From Lama guanicoe (Eukaryota): 64,000 nucleotides of DNA. The stretch is taken from the NCBI GenBank assembly GCA_013239625.1, contig MU054001.1, forward strand, positions 4,256,167-4,320,166. Reading direction: 5' to 3'. The notes under the pieces are model-generated. The model had not been told where the DNA came from. It was given only the letters and a program-made list of their open reading frames with translations, and made no database searches. A program made the position numbers and the translations under genes. Shown here piece by piece: positions 40,828 to 56,070 of this stretch; the first letter of the stretch is position 1; each line of letters starts with the position of its first letter.

Positions 40828-41569
40828 ATTTAGATCACACAAGAGAAACAATGGGACACACAGCTGCTCAGTAAAACACTGGTGTCCTCCCCTCTTCCCT
40901 GTACCTTCAGTATCTTATTTGAAGCTTCTTTGTTTTGCCAGTTGGACCAAAAACACTTCCCTGTTTTTGCCTTCACTACCCCAAGGCAGAGTCTAAAGAA
41001 AAGCTCTATAACAAAGCATAATGGACTCTAATTAAAAGTTACTTCTTTGAATCCACAAAGTTGGAGAACAGACCCTCAAAGGAGCCCTAAAAAGTGTGCG
41101 TCTGCAATAAGAACCACAAATAAGAAGAGGAAATCTTGGCTAAAGGTTTTATTCACTGGGTGGGGAGAGCTGTACTGGGAGACAAGGAATGGTTAGAAAG
41201 AGAGAAGGAAAGTTTCAGGAGAGCAGAACACACACCTGCGTTAGCCTATGAAAATGAACTTCCAGTGACATAAGAGATTCCTACCTGACATCTTCATTCA
41301 GCTATAAACAATTACATGTTTATACCAGCAGGCTGGAACAAAATAGTAACGGGGTTCTGATACATCACATTCAAACAACGGACTACTCCAACGAGGCCTG
41401 ATCTATCTTTCTTCTCTTTGTATGAGTGATTCTTAAATACACCTTGCCTTTAGTAGTTGCTACTCAGTACTGCAAAGAGTTTAAGTAAGTCATGTGATTC
41501 AATGCACATAATTAGGAAGCCCAAAATTCTAAAGGCTGAAGAAAATTGTTTGCTTTTAAAATTTCATTA

Positions 41570-41872
<303 letters not shown>

Positions 41873-43269
41873 TCATTATCTTAAATAATCTTATCTAATT
41901 AAGTCTTGTAACTTAGCTGATGATTTTATATTCATAGATTTCTCACCTTAAGTGTTAATATTACAGTTCATAAGCAGCTAAAATGGGAACGTACAAAATT
42001 TAATCAAAGATGCCAAAATAATTAAATAAGAAATTCCAAATTCCAATAATTCTTAATGGAAGTGTACTGGTAGCTCTCACAGCACTTTATTATCTGCCTG
42101 TGCAAAATACTTGCTAGATGCTGGTGATTTAAACATTTTTTAAATTTCAAGAGTAAAGCTTGGCTTATCTTTTTTTTTTCTTCCCTTTTTTTTAATTGAC
42201 TTTATTTCTTAATAGCCTGTTTCCAATAAGCCCTAATATGCAGGTATAATATAATCAATTACACAGTTACACACATACACCACACATGTACGTCTGACTA
42301 ACTAGAGAAAGACTGTTTTAATGCTTCCAGCACCTGGCAACTCAGCAATTTAGGCCAAAATATTCTACTCTGATGCTCAAGTTAGGGCTTAATATGGGGA
42401 CATGTGAGAACTGGGTTTGCAGTGCTTTTTAAAAATTCTTTCTAGCCTCACTTTAAAATAATCAGTGGTGCCCGCTTACAATTTCTAATCACAGATTCTG
42501 CTTATATGGTGCTTACCCAATGAGCACATCTTTCTGGTTAGTAGCAAACTCTAGGCTAAGTGCAACTCTTTAACCAAGAAAGCAGAGCCCCAGGAGGAAA
42601 GGTCACACGGGAATGGATTTTGCAGCTCAAAGCCCCTAAAACTATCATAGCTTTACTGCATTTGTGGACATGGTGAGTGATTTGAGGAAAAGAAATGTTC
42701 TGTGTAGTGATAGGAATAATGAGCTGCAGCCCTGAAACATCTCATAATAGCTTCTCCTTACTGACATCAGCCCACTGCATCCCTCCAAGTTTTTCCCTAA
42801 TAATCAGGGCATCAGGACCCTCCCATCTTCAGTAGTTTCAAATTCTGTAATTTAGGGTGTATCTGGGGGGGGGCGGTGTGAGTGTACAATTTACACAAAA
42901 TGCCTGGCCTCTGTCTTTACACTTCTGATCTAACAGACCTAAACACAAAACGATATGAATCCAGGTGACACAGACAAGCTTCCTGGCCGTGGGGACTGGC
43001 CCTCTTACCCCTCTGTAATCCATTCCTCACGGGAGCAAAACAGCACGTATTTCATAATGTTTGCTGAATGAATTAGGTGTCAAATGAATAGGTTAGCCGC
43101 GAATATCTCCAAAGACCTGAAAAGAACAGCTGGCAGACGAGGCTCCATGAAGGAGCTAAAGACTCCCAGAGACCAAGACGTACGAGGCTCACTCAGGGGG
43201 CACTGAGCAAAGCGCACAGCCCATGGCACACGGAGGAAGAGAAGCACCGGGGAGGAAGGCAGGCGCCAA

Positions 43270-43900
43270 TGACGGCGGGCTTTGAGTGACAAGCTAAGTT
43301 CAGACTTCTCCCTGTGGCAACAGGGAACTATTTAAATGCCTCTGAGAAAGACTAGGGAAAGACTGATTTCAAAAATGGAGCATTTTAAGATTCGTCTGGC
43401 AATGGTGCAAACTATAGACTGGCAGAGAAACAAGACTGGATGCAGAGAATGGCTCGTAAATTACTGCAGCTATAGAAGGACTGAATGAAGGAAGAGGAAA
43501 GAAATGGGCTCCAGAAACAACACACACACACACACACACACACACAATATGGCTGGGCCGCAGGACACAACCAGCAAAGGGAAGAGAGGAGTGAGGATGC
43601 CTGCATGGGGTGAGGCCCGAGGGGCTGGGGGAATCAATGAACAAGATGAAAGGAAAAACTAAGTAGGCTGGCTAATGAGCTGAATGTAGTCAATGACTCC
43701 TGTAGAACAGAAGAAGATGAAAACAGCATTCCTTATCAAACTGGGACAACTGTGAAGAGCTACCATTAGGAGGAGAAACAAGTATAAAATGGAAGGAAAT
43801 CTGTGAAACGTGGGTTGAACGCTGATGAGGAGGGACGCCCGGCTCCAGGTCGCTGGCGGTGAGCTGGGGAGAGGACAATCTCTCGGTGTCTCAGGCTAGC
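43270..43900 (+). mobile_element. Decayed L2 fragment with (CA)n at about 43519-43546
   Basis: Purine-rich L2-like motifs (CATTTTAAGATTCGTCTGGC, GACGCCCGGCTCC); approximate. Confidence 0.45.
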
Positions 43901-46900
43901 ACAGGTGATGGACCAGGAAGCTGGGAGAGGGGCACTGTCAAACAGCAAAGGGTGCCAAGTGCCAGGGGGCAGCGTCCTGGGGGGCAGTGGCAGCAGAGCA
44001 GCCTTGAAGTAACGGAATCTGGAAGGAGGGATGTGCCCACAATTGCAAGCCCATTCAGATTCAGAACAGGTACAGGATTCACAGGAAGCCAGAAACATCA
44101 AGGGACCCAAAAAGGTTTTAAGAAGGGAGAAAAAAAAGTCTAAGTCCCAGCCTCCACTGGCTATAATATTTAAAATGTGTCCAAGTATGCAATCAACAGT
44201 TTCTGCCTCTTGGGATGTTTTATTTTTAGACAGAGTCAAAAAACTTGAGTTTCAGACTCAGGCTCCACCTGAGGGCAGCTGCGTTCCTTCTGAAAAGTGA
44301 CTGGCACTTTCCAGCCTCGGTGTCCTCAGGCACAGCACAGGGGTTAGCAACCAGGAGCCTTTTCCGGCCCTTAGTTTCAAACCCTGGGCCATTTGGTAAG
44401 GAATGATTTATAGCAGCCTTCTGCCCGTCTGCTGTGCAATACTGCAGAAAAAAATCAGATTTTAAAACTCCAGGGAGTTCTGCAGGTGAATCCAAAGACT
44501 CCCAGTGGAGTCCAGCCTTCCTTGGCATGCTTCTAGGTACCTTAAGATCTTCACCCTCTGATTTTTTTTTAAGCTTCCCAGGTTTTAATATATTCTCTAA
44601 GGTCACTGCCTTCAGCTTCTTAAAGACAACAGCTAAAACGATTAGACGTTAGAGAGTTTACAGCTTACCTTGCTCTTCTGCACTTTTGGCAAGGATGAGG
44701 ACCACAAATAAACAACAAACAAGTGAATTTCTTATCTAACTGGATCATTTGCTATGAATTATCAGAGTTTATTTGTGATTAGAAAGCACATCACTCCAAA
44801 AGATTTCCATTTCCACTGGGAAAAAACCTCCTAAATTTCACTGTTAACCACTTTACAACGGCTCACTTACACATTTTCTAATTCAAATATAGGCCAAAAA
44901 TATTAAGCCCAACTTCCAGTTAATCTTCAAGTCATATGAAACGGAATAGGAATTCATTCTCTAAACATCACCAAGTGCCAGTGCTCAAGGCATCAGAAAG
45001 ATGGCCGGACACACATGATCCTTGCCCTGGGTAGTTTCCATCTAACGATGAAAACAAATACTCATGTGAAGCAGTTTCGTGATGTGTAATACGTATGTTC
45101 TGCACTGTTCCACCACAGGCAGGTTGCAGATGAACAGGAGTGCTGTTCAATGACCACAGCCGTGGGGAACACAAAGGGGTAGCCTTTCAGGGTAGTGAGG
45201 TCCCCATCACTACAAGTATAAATAAAGAAACTAGACAACCATGAAGCAAACAAAAGTCTTATAAAAGACTTCTGAACTTGGTAAAAAGTGGAGAAGATTC
45301 TAAAATTCCTGTTTATCAGCAGGCTTCTAGGATTTTAATTTGCACATTAATTTGGAGGCAAGTTATTACAGGTTTATGAGGCAAACTCTTAAAACAAGAT
45401 ACCCTCAAGTTTACTATTCCAAGGAACCACCTTCCTATTTTGGAAAATGTGGTTCTACAGGTTATCCTATTTCTTTTATTGATTTGCAATTGTCATATTG
45501 GAAGGGAAAAGAGGAATAAGGGGAAAAAAGAAGGGCTATTAGAACAAAACCATACTTGAACAGTAAGAACAAGAGAACCCATCTCAGGCCTGCCAGGTCA
45601 TCGCCCCACCCACACCTGACACAAACACCACTGCCCATCTCGTCTGCGCTTAACCAGCTACACGTAAAATGCTTAAAGAACTAAGTGAGAAATCTTGGTA
45701 TGTTTAGGAAATAAACTTCCAGTAAAGATTTTTATATAGTTTGGAGAGGCCCTATCCCTGTGGGCTGCACAATTTTACTGGCACGGCATCATCTGTATCT
45801 AGGTGCTTTAAAAATCCTGAAGGAACTGAACCCCAGTTTTGGAGTGGCTACTATGTGCCTCGCACACTTTTGAGTGACATGACAACCTAATAAAGGCTGG
45901 AAACTAGAGAAACTCTGCAAGTTTACTTTCACATATTAATACAACTTTATGCCTCTGAGTTCAATTACCCAGAGAAAACTTCAGTTTTTCCCACACGTGG
46001 ATCACAACTTAACATGATCAATGTGTTGTATGCTACATACCCAGCCTTGCAAGTTTCTTATCTTAAATTATAAAGTACACCTCTCCTGTGATCAAAATTC
46101 CTGACTACCAAAAATACAACATATGGATGTGTTTTTTTTTAAAAGAAAAAGTGAGCAAGAAAACACATTTAAAGGAAAAGTATATAATAAAAATACATAT
46201 AAAATAAGTGCCACTATATAACTAGAGAGGATGCCCCCAAAAACAACAAAAATAAATGAGAACCAAAATTAATTTGCTGGAATGAAATTTACATTAATCT
46301 CAAAGTTAATGATAACACAAAAATTTAATAAGACGAAGAAGACATAGCAATAAAAAACAGTGTCTATATTTTTAAAAGTACAACCTCACAGATAATTTAG
46401 GTCAAAATAGAGACAAGAAAAAGATCACTTTTTCTCTGAGAAAAGTTCTGCCAGAGTTAGGAAAAACTAGAGTTTCAAAATGGCCCACCAAGGCTCAGTT
46501 TCTCTAGCTATAAAAGGGAAGACCTGGCTTCACACTTTTTCAGTTGAGCTGGCAAGGGTGGGGCTGTGAGTCTCTCAGGAGCCTCTGTACCCTCAAAAAC
46601 AGAGGCAACACGGCAGCCTCCCTGATGCCGCCAGGCCAATGACCCACTGCCAGCCCCTCTGCTCCACACCGCCCCCTGCAGCTCACCCAAAATCCGCTCA
46701 GGGGAACACTGCATCCTGAAGGACCCTTGCCCAGCTTGCAACATGCCCAAGGCCACTGTCACATCAAGGCCAAGCTTTCCAGTTTTTAGAACTGAAGTCC
46801 TCCTTAATTACTAACTTCAGACTTACGTGAAGGCATTGACAAAGTTCTCTTCAATTACTGTCAATGACAAGATATTCCCCTCCACAAAAATGTTAAGATT

Positions 46901-47407
46901 AATAATAACCAATTTTGACAAGGATATACAGAAAAGGCACTCACATGCTATGTGTAAAAATATAAATTACTACAACCTCTCCAGAGGTGGTTGTATTAAT
47001 AAATGATAAATAACATTTATATAAATAATTTTTTAAATTCTCTTTTATTAAAACCACAATCTTGAAGAACATCTATCTGCACTCTCATGTTTCATGGCAT
47101 TGTTCACAATAGCCAAGATACGGAAACATGCCAGTGCATACGGACAGAAGAACAGACAAGGAAACTGTGGTATACACCTATAATGACAATAGATTTAATG
47201 TTGTGTTCTCACCACAAAACAAGTGAGGGGACATAAAGAAACTCTGGGAGGTGCTGGATACGTCTGTTACCTTGACTGTGCTGATGGTTTCATAGGGGTG
47301 TGCATATGTCCAAACTCACCAAGTTGAATATTCATATTAAATATATGAAGTTTTTTTCAGTATCAATTATAACTTCAATAATGCTGTTTAGAAACAAATC
47401 TCTTTCA

Positions 47408-47544
47408 GGGGAGAGTATAGGTCAGTGGTAGAGAGCATGCCTAGCATGCATGAGGTTCTGGGTTCAATTCCCAGTACCTCCATTAAAAAACAGACCTAAT
47501 TACCTCCATCCCAACAATAAAAAATAAAAAAATAAATTAAAAAA
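47408..47544 (+). mobile_element. tRNA-derived SINE (camelid type)
   Basis: A-box/B-box (TAGGTCAGTGG, GGTTCAATTCC), ACCTAATTACCTCC tail, A-rich end, degenerate TSD AAACAAATCTCTTT / AAACATATCCCTTT. Confidence 0.9.
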
Positions 47545-50500
47545 CATATCCCTTTAATTTCATCCTCCAGAAACATTTCCAAGAGGGAACAAGGTTAGTC
47601 ATCACAGCATGATTTGGGACACTAAATAATTTAGAAACAGTCTCAGTGTCCATCAATGGGATCCAATTAAATAATCAGAGGAGCACTCACTGGCCTTCTC
47701 TTCAATTACAGCCAATAACCCATTAAAAAGAATGAAGCAGAGCTATATAAACTGATGGAGAAAGACCTAAGATTTGTTAAATGTAAAAGAAAAAGTACAA
47801 TGTGTTTAGCAAGATCCCTTTCATGTGCATTGAAAAGACACACACAAAGAACAAATAAAAACTGCTCACAGCAGGTTCCTCTTGCAGGGGGTGCAGTGGG
47901 GTGGGACTAAGGTCTGAGGTGCAAGATCTATATACGCTTTTGTACTGTTTGATTTTTTTCAAAAGCACGTAGGCACCAAGAAGTGAGTAACAGCAAGCCC
48001 TAGGGCGATCCCCAGTGCAGCATGAGTGACATCTTCAGGAGGCTCTAGGATTCAAGTTCTACAAAGAAACTGTCACACACACACACACACACACACACCC
48101 ATTCTCTTGTATTTCTAGCTGCCAGCTAGACTCCTCTACTTAACCTTCACCTCAAATTCAGTAAGCTCAAGATGAAATTCTTAATTGTTTTCCAAAACCT
48201 GTTCTTCCTCCTTGCATTTTCCTCCCTGAGTCATTGTTTTCCCCAAACAGAAAACAAACTGATCTCCCCGCCCCCATCTTCTTCTTTCTCTGGGCCATCT
48301 TCCACGTGATCACTGGGGTCCCATTCCTCAAGCCATCTGTGTCACTTGCAAACTCCTTATCAGAGCACTGCCTTGCCCGCCGCCCTTTTCATCCCTCTTC
48401 TCCCCTCACAGCCACAAAGAACTGTGCTGGAACCCGCCACGCCTCTTCAGGAAGCCCGCCCTTGCAGGGGCAGGGCCTGTGCCTGGAATACCTTCTTAAT
48501 CAACCTCTGAGAGCTCAGCCATCACCTCCTTGGTCACGTTCCCAGACGCAGCACTACTTTAGTTCCTCCTCAATGCTCCTGACAGCTCTGGTCCTGCCCA
48601 GCAGTCAATCACACGGATTCACAGTGAATCCTCCACTTACAGGCCTCCCTGCTCTGACTCAACTCTCCGACTCAGCTCTGTGTCCTCAGACCCAAGACAC
48701 AGCACAGAGAAGCTCTTCTGGAGGACGGGACCCTCGGCTGACATATGTACATCCATCCGCACCCATGTCTCACGTCATAAAAGGAGACTGCATGCCTTAA
48801 AATGAGCTCGGTATCAGGATCCAAGGAAATGGACACTCACACTGTGAAAAATGACAGAACCAGAAAGAAGCGCAATTTGGCCCCAAACTACAGATGTCCC
48901 TTAGAGTTAAAGAGGGTAATTCCACTTGTCAGAATATAGCCTAAGGAAATAAGTCTGTATGTGCATAGATACGGCTACAAGAAAATATCATGTAATTTTT
49001 TTAAAAGCCAAGGTTTAGAAGTACTTCAAAAATGAAATACCCTATTATCTTGATATTTTAAAGTCTGCACAATGTGTCTAATTTTCTATAGTAGTGATAA
49101 AGATACAGCAATGTCACTTGAAAAAAGCCATGTCTAACGAAACAGATCATCAGTATCGAAGCTAAAAGGAAAAAACTCTCTACTTCTTCTATTTATAGAT
49201 AAGAAACATCTTCATACCCCAAACATTTCTCACCATATCCTAAGATTTAAAAAAACAAGGAAGAGAGAAAATATGGATGATGACGTAAAATTATTTAAAA
49301 GGAAAAAGAGTCTACATATCTTAGGTTTGCAGACTTTGTAGGCATTTAAAACTGTTATTCATAGTTAAGGAATGTCCCATTTGCTATGTCAGCCCCTCCT
49401 TGGTTAGGACATGGCAGTAAAACTACAGAGCAGATACTTGTCTCTGTGTTCTAGATTATAAAGTTTTCCCTTTTTTTCTTCTTTTAAGAGGTGCTCATAC
49501 CTGCTTTCTTAGAAATTAGAGCATTCCTTTAAAAAATGCCATCGTCTGGTGCTCTCAATTTCTGGACCACAGTTTTATGAGGACAATGTTTCAGAAGGAT
49601 GGTTTTTTCATTTGATTTCCTCTCTGTCCCTTCCCCCTTTACTGCTCCGAAGAGAGATAATGAAAACCATCTGACTTCTCCCAAGCCTCTTACTTTTGCC
49701 ACCCAACCCTGTCACTTCTTTCAAGTGCGTACAAAGAAAAGGAAAAGAGAAAAGAGGGAAGAAACTGTTACCTAAGAGTTGCTTTATCTAATTCTAGTCA
49801 TCAGCTCTCTCCACTTCCAGTAAAAATTCTGAACTCCCCCCACCACTCTGAGTAGACGTAAACTTGGACACAGTTGAGAAGCTCAAAGAATAGGTGATAG
49901 TATTTCCCAACTAAGAGCAAATGTCTTGAAATAAAAGCTTATCTAATAGATTTATCCCTCAGGAGAAGGTCCTCAAATATTTGCTGAGTGAAAAAACAAA
50001 TAAATGAGGCTGAATCTTTCCATTTCCACAAATTTCAAATGTCGGTAAGAACAGTTCATTCCACAGAAGTTTGTTATATTCTCTTTTTCTGTCCAACTAT
50101 TTTATTTTTATTTATTTTGGAGGGAAGGAGGGAAGTTATATTCTCAAATATAATAATGAAATGTGGATATGTTTAACCCATGCAATTTTAATACCAAAGT
50201 TTTATTTATTTATTTTTCATTTATTTATTTATTTTTGGTTGGAGGGGCTGATGTTTTTAAGAAGAGACACTGCTGTATAAATACACAAGTGCTTGCAATG
50301 CCTTCCCGTGTGTCAGGGTACTGGGGAAAGAGGCACAGGACCAGCACAGAGGTACCTCACTTTCAAGGACCCCTACGTAACTATTAATAATGATTACCTT
50401 GGATAATGGAACCAGGAACAAGGCTAACCTGGATAAAGGGTTTCACAATTAACTATTTTTTTTTCCTGTACTGTTGAGATCTTTTGGATAAGTGCTGGTA

Positions 50501-50933
50501 ATGTTTACAGACTTTTTTAAAGCTTAACTGAAAAAGACAAAAGCCAATTGATTCACAAAGAATTCATTTACACACCAAAAACATAATGCTCATAAATTCA
50601 GGCTGACTTTATGAGGTCCTATATTCTTTCAAAATTAACAACAACAAAATAAACTCTAAAAGAAACACGAGAATTTATAGCTGTTTGGAAGAGCACACAG
50701 GAAAAAAAAAAAAACTCACTTGAAAATCACCTTCTAAACAGCAGCAAACACAGCCGGTGGTGACTACGTACCAGACACATACCCTCACCAAACCCCTGCT
50801 GCCAAATGCTTTACTCCCTGTAACACTGTAGTCAGTGGAAAAACACAGTAGCTATATCATGGTCACTGTGCATGTCATCTGATGCTATAGAAGTCAATTT
50901 GTGATGACTGCATATTATTCTAGTATTTGAATA

Positions 50934-51426
50934 CAGACAAACTTCATTTTATTGCAATTTGCTTTACTGTGATTTGCAGATACTGCATTTTTTTTTTTAC
51001 AAACTGAAGGTTTGTGGCAACCTTGTGTTATCACATGATGATTAGCATTTTTTAGCAATAAAGTATTTTAATTTTATTTTATTATTATTTTTGTTTGTTT
51101 TTATGAGGGGAGGTAATTAGGTTTATTCCTTTGTTTCTGCTTGGTGGAGGTACTGGGGATCGAACCCAGGACATCTTGCATGCTGAGCATGTGCTCTACC
51201 ACTTGAGCTATACTCTTCCCCCAACAATAGAGTATTTTAAATTAAGGTATGTACATTATTTTTTTAGACATAATGCTACTCAACACTTAATTGACTATGG
51301 AATAGTGTAAATATAACTTTGATATGCACTAGGAAACCAAAAAATTTGTGTCACTCACTTCATTGCAATATTCGCTTTGTTGCAGTGGTCTGGAACTGAA
51401 CTTGCATTCTACAAGGTATATGCCTG
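50934..51426 (-). mobile_element. Tigger1-derived element interrupted by a SINE
   Basis: Reverse-complement similarity to 6340-6628; ends TATGCCTG. Confidence 0.8.
51072..51222 (-). mobile_element. tRNA-derived SINE (camelid type)
   Basis: Same family as 47408; TSD CAATA(A/G)AGTATTTTAA 51056-51071 / 51225-51240. Confidence 0.9.
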
Positions 51427-52803
51427 TGTACCTTAATTTGTTCTACCAATTCCTTAATCACTGAGCATTTAGGCTGCTTCCAATTTTTCATTACTATAAT
51501 TAACAATATAATGCTATCTTTGCACATAAGTCTGTAATCAACTCTAATTTTTCTCTTAGAACAAATTCGTAGAAGTGGAACCCCTTGGTGAAAAAATATG
51601 AAGAGTTAACACTTTTGAGGAATATTTCCAGAGTGCCCTCCACCAGAATGGATGCTGATACAGTCTTCCACAGAAATACATGAGGGTACTTCCCAACCTC
51701 CACACCAAAGTGGAGTGTTTTGCTTTTATTCTTTGATTCCTAATAAGGTTAGGAATTTTCTCCATGTTTACTGAACATTTGTATTCTTTCTTTTTCAACT
51801 CATTCCAATAGGCTATTAGGTAGAATTAACACATAAGTTTAAAAAGCATGAGCTGGAATCAAACCTCTGCATCCCACTGACCAGGAACGCCTGGGTGGAT
51901 GCCCTACACCTCCCCGGGCTCACTTCCCACCTGCAAAATGAGGACAACAGTATCTACCACCTTGGAAAGTTTCTGAAGGGATTAAACAAGAGTATGGAAA
52001 AGGCTTCGCACAGGGCTTGGTGCTGACTTTGCACATAGTAAACCTTCAATAAACATCAGCTGATGTTATTTACTAAACACTTACAGAGTATGAGGCACTG
52101 AGCAAGGCAGTAAGACACCAGGTTGAGTAAGACAGACGTGGTCCCTGCCATCATGAAACTTACAGCCTACTGGGAATAATTTTAAAAAGAAATTTTTCTG
52201 ATTATTTTTTGTGTTGTGTTTGTGTTATTTGCTTACTGGTCCATCAGCATTCTTTATATATTATGGCTATTAACATTTTCCCATAGACAACAAATACTCT
52301 TTCTGGTTAGTCCTTCCATTTTGTAAAGTTTTTTCAACGTGCATAAACTTTTTTTTTATGGACTCACACCTATGAATCTTTGCCTAAAAGGAACAGACAG
52401 CTAAGGTAAATGAACATAACTGTAAATAAGAAAGGGCAACTCACGGGCACCTGTAATGCTGAGGTTCATCAGGGAGTGGTAACTGGAAAGCCCACATCCC
52501 ATCTAAAGGAAGCAGCTGCCACTTAATGCTGGCCAATCGTTGTCACATTGGAATGTGAAACCAGCACGGCCAATGCTCCCCATTTTGCAAGATAAGCCAG
52601 AAATCTAGATACGCTGCAAAATTTTTATTTTAAAATTTGGACACAATTTTCAAAAGATAAACTAAACAAGATAAAACATAACGTATACAGGTCTGATCCA
52701 GCCATTAGACCATCAGTCTGCAATCTCTGCTTTTAAAAGTTTCCCTCTTCTGTATGTTTCAAAAGGCTTTTTCACTTTTAAGATTAGAAAAATACCTGAC
52801 TAT

Positions 52804-53915
52804 CAAGAGAATGAGAGACAAGCCACAGACTGGGAAAAAATACTTGTAAAACACATAATCTGATAAAGAACTGGTATCCAAAACATCCAAAGAGCTCTTG
52901 TTTTCAGAGTTTAAGAGTTTTGTTTAAGAAAACAAGGAAATCAATTTAAAAATGGGCAAGACTTATACAGATACATCGCAAAACAAGCAAACAAACAAAA
53001 ACAACAACACAGAGATGACAAATGAGCATATGAAGATACTCGACGTCATGTCATTAGGGAAGTGCAAATCAAAACAACAGAAAAAAAAAAACCCAATAGT
53101 GAGATACCATTACACACCTATTAGAATGGCCAAAAACCAAAACACTGACAACACCAAATGCTGGCAAGGACGTGGAGCAACAAGAACTCTCATACATTAC
53201 TGGTAAAATGCAAACTGGTGCAGCCACTTCGGAAGACAGTCTGGCAGTTTCTTACAAAAGTAAACATGCTCTTAGCTTATGATCCAGCAATCATGCTCCT
53301 TGATAATTCACCCAAATGAGCTGAAAACTTACATCCACACAAAAACTTGCATACAGATGTTTATAGCAACTTTACTCATAACTGTCAAAACTTGGAAGCA
53401 ACCAATATATCCTTCAGTAGGTAACTGGATACATAAACCATGGTACATCCAAATAAGTAATATTACTCAACACTAAAAAGAAATGGGCTATCAAAGCCAT
53501 GAAAAGACACGGAGGTACCTTAACTGCATATTCCCAAATGAAAGAAGGCAATGTGAGAGGGCTAGGTACCGTAGGATTCTAACTATTTGACATTTTGGAA
53601 AAGGCAAAACTATAGAGACAGTAAAAGGATGACTGGTTGAGGGGAGGAAGGGATGAACAGGCAGAGAACAGAAGACTTTTAGGGCAGTGAAGCTGTTCTG
53701 TACGATATACATTTACCCAAACCCATAAAATGCACAACACCAAGAGTGAGTGCTAATATGAACTATGGACTTTGGGTGATAGTGATGTATCAACATAGAT
53801 TCAATTGACTTTAACAAATGTACTACCTTGGTAGAATATGGGAAGAAATCTCTGTGCCTTTCACTCAGTTTGGCCGTGAACCTAAAATTGCTCAAAAAAA
53901 TAAAGTCCATTTTAA
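52804..53915 (+). mobile_element. L1 (L1MA/MB-like) ORF2 end and 3' UTR
   Basis: RYHYTPIRMAK..TDNTKCWQG in ORF 52952..53206; CTGACTAT direct repeat at 52796-52803 / 53920-53927. Confidence 0.85.
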
Positions 53916-55865
53916 AAATCTGACTATATTTCTTCTAATTACTTAAATTTTTCCTTTTTTCCTAATTAATTACCACTTATTCATTTGGAATTAAACTGAA
54001 TATGGTGAAAGGTAGGAATATAACTTCCTTTTCCTCCAAATAGTTATAATCAACTGTCCAGCACCCTTTATTATTAAATAAGCCATCCTTTTCTTAATGA
54101 CTGAGCATACACTTGATGTTCTGGTCTGCCCAACAGCCGGTCCCCTGCTTCCCTGAGTAGTTCTATCACCCCAACCGCTTCTGCTGGGGAATAATTCCTC
54201 TCCGTACTGTTGCTGCGATTCTAGTCAGGCTGCACAGCAGAGCCGGTGGATCCCGGACAGAAGCAGACATGGGTGATCCCGTTAGTGCAGCATCTGACAG
54301 ACAGGGCCCAGGGACGGGCACGTGACCCCAGCAGTCTGTGTGATGTCCTTCCTTAGGACTTTACATACAGACGCTGAGGAAGGTCATTTTCTTCTCTGAC
54401 CTCAAGCTATAAAAATAGAAGCCTAGAAATATCAACAACCACACCTTTTCCTCTAGCTACAAAAAGGAAGCCCACTGGTAACAGGAGCGAATGGAGCCAA
54501 CTCTGAGAAAGAAGCAAATTCAGGGGAGACAGAGCATTTGAGCCTCCCCGGAGTCATTGAAGCTAGTACCACTCCCAGGGTATCCCAGGTACAAGATAAG
54601 TGTTTTGTTTAGTTTTTGCTTAAACCAAGATGGTTGATTTTCTTTCCTTCACACTTGATTTACACACAAAGCCTCTGCTCAGACATTAAATTCATATGCA
54701 CAGCCAGGTCAGGTCTAAGCTTTCTTTTCAGATCTACTACTATTTCTATCTAGTCTAGGGCTCAGGGTACCCTTTAAAATTCTTATATAAATCTATAAAT
54801 AGTTGATAATATGAAACCAATCCTTCCCAAACTCATCTATAGTTTTCAAAACTATGGTTCTCATGGCTATTCTTGCCTGTTTATTCTTCCAGCAGCTCCT
54901 CAGAATCATTTGAACAAGTCACTCCCCTCACCCTCAGAAAAAATTCACTAGGATTTTTATTTGTATTACATTAATTAACAAACTAATGAACTGAACATCT
55001 TTGAGTTTTTTATGCCACTCACTGTAACTTTTTCATTTTCTTCACATTTTTAGCTGTGTTTTAAATTACTTTGAGGGTTTTGATGCTGTAGTGAGTGAAG
55101 TCTTTTTTCTTTTTTAAAATTATATTTTCTGACTGTTACATAGAAAGCTAATGACTTTGGTATGTTTATTTTGTAATAAGCCAGACAATTTTCTAGCCCA
55201 GCTGCATGGGCTACAATCACCAAGGCCAGGCCAAATAATACTGGTAAGGGCGGCATCAGCGTCTTGCTCCTGATTGTAATAGGAACTGTTTCTAGGGTTT
55301 CACATAATGTTGTAAATTGGTTTGAAAGTGCCACTCATTATCAGGCTATGAAAGTGTCTGCATATTTCTAGTTTACTCAAGTTATACTCTTTTTAACAGA
55401 CAAATTTCATTTATGGCTTCCCTCAATGAAGTTATTTTCAACAAGCATCTGTTACACTTTTTGCCAGAATAAAGCAACATGGTAGCTTCTTCCTTTCATA
55501 ATGACAATGACAACTATGTATGGTGATTAAAAGCTATAACTCTAGGTATGTGGCTTCAACAAATTTCACAAACAAGCCACTAATATTATAGCAACAACAA
55601 AAATATTTCAAGTCAAACAGAAACCCACTATTCTAATAAGTCAACTCCCCCTCGCCCCACCCCCCACATACTCCCAACTAGGTAACTTCCTTAACCCAAT
55701 AAACAGCAGACAAAACAAAATGGAAATAATTCACTTGATACTTTCATTGAGCAGCCAACCAGCAGATCACAGGAAAGTATGTTTTCTGGATGTGCACAGA
55801 AGTTTAAACACTGATAACAAAAATCATCTGAACCCGGCACTGTTTCATCAGATGTATTTTAAGTA

Positions 55866-56070
55866 CACAGGTTTAAACTGTGCAGGTCCACTCACACAGA
55901 TTTTTTTCAATAAAGACTGCAGTACTAAAGGATCCACATTGTTTGACTCCGCGGATACGGAGGAACCGCCAACACCGACAAGCTGTGGACACAGAGGGCT
56001 GGACGTTATACGTGCATTTTCAGCTGCAGAGTTGGCGTTCCTAACCCCCTTGCTGCTCAAAAGTCAACTG
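55866..56070 (+). mobile_element. Tigger2-like MITE, 5' TIR decayed
   Basis: Similar to 59280-59517; ends TCAAAAGTCAACTG. Confidence 0.65.

Noticed and set aside
47408..47480. tRNA-like sequences (also at 51150-51222 and 60078-60150)
   Set aside because: They carry SINE tails, A-rich ends and TSDs and are mutually diverged, so they are SINEs rather than tRNA genes
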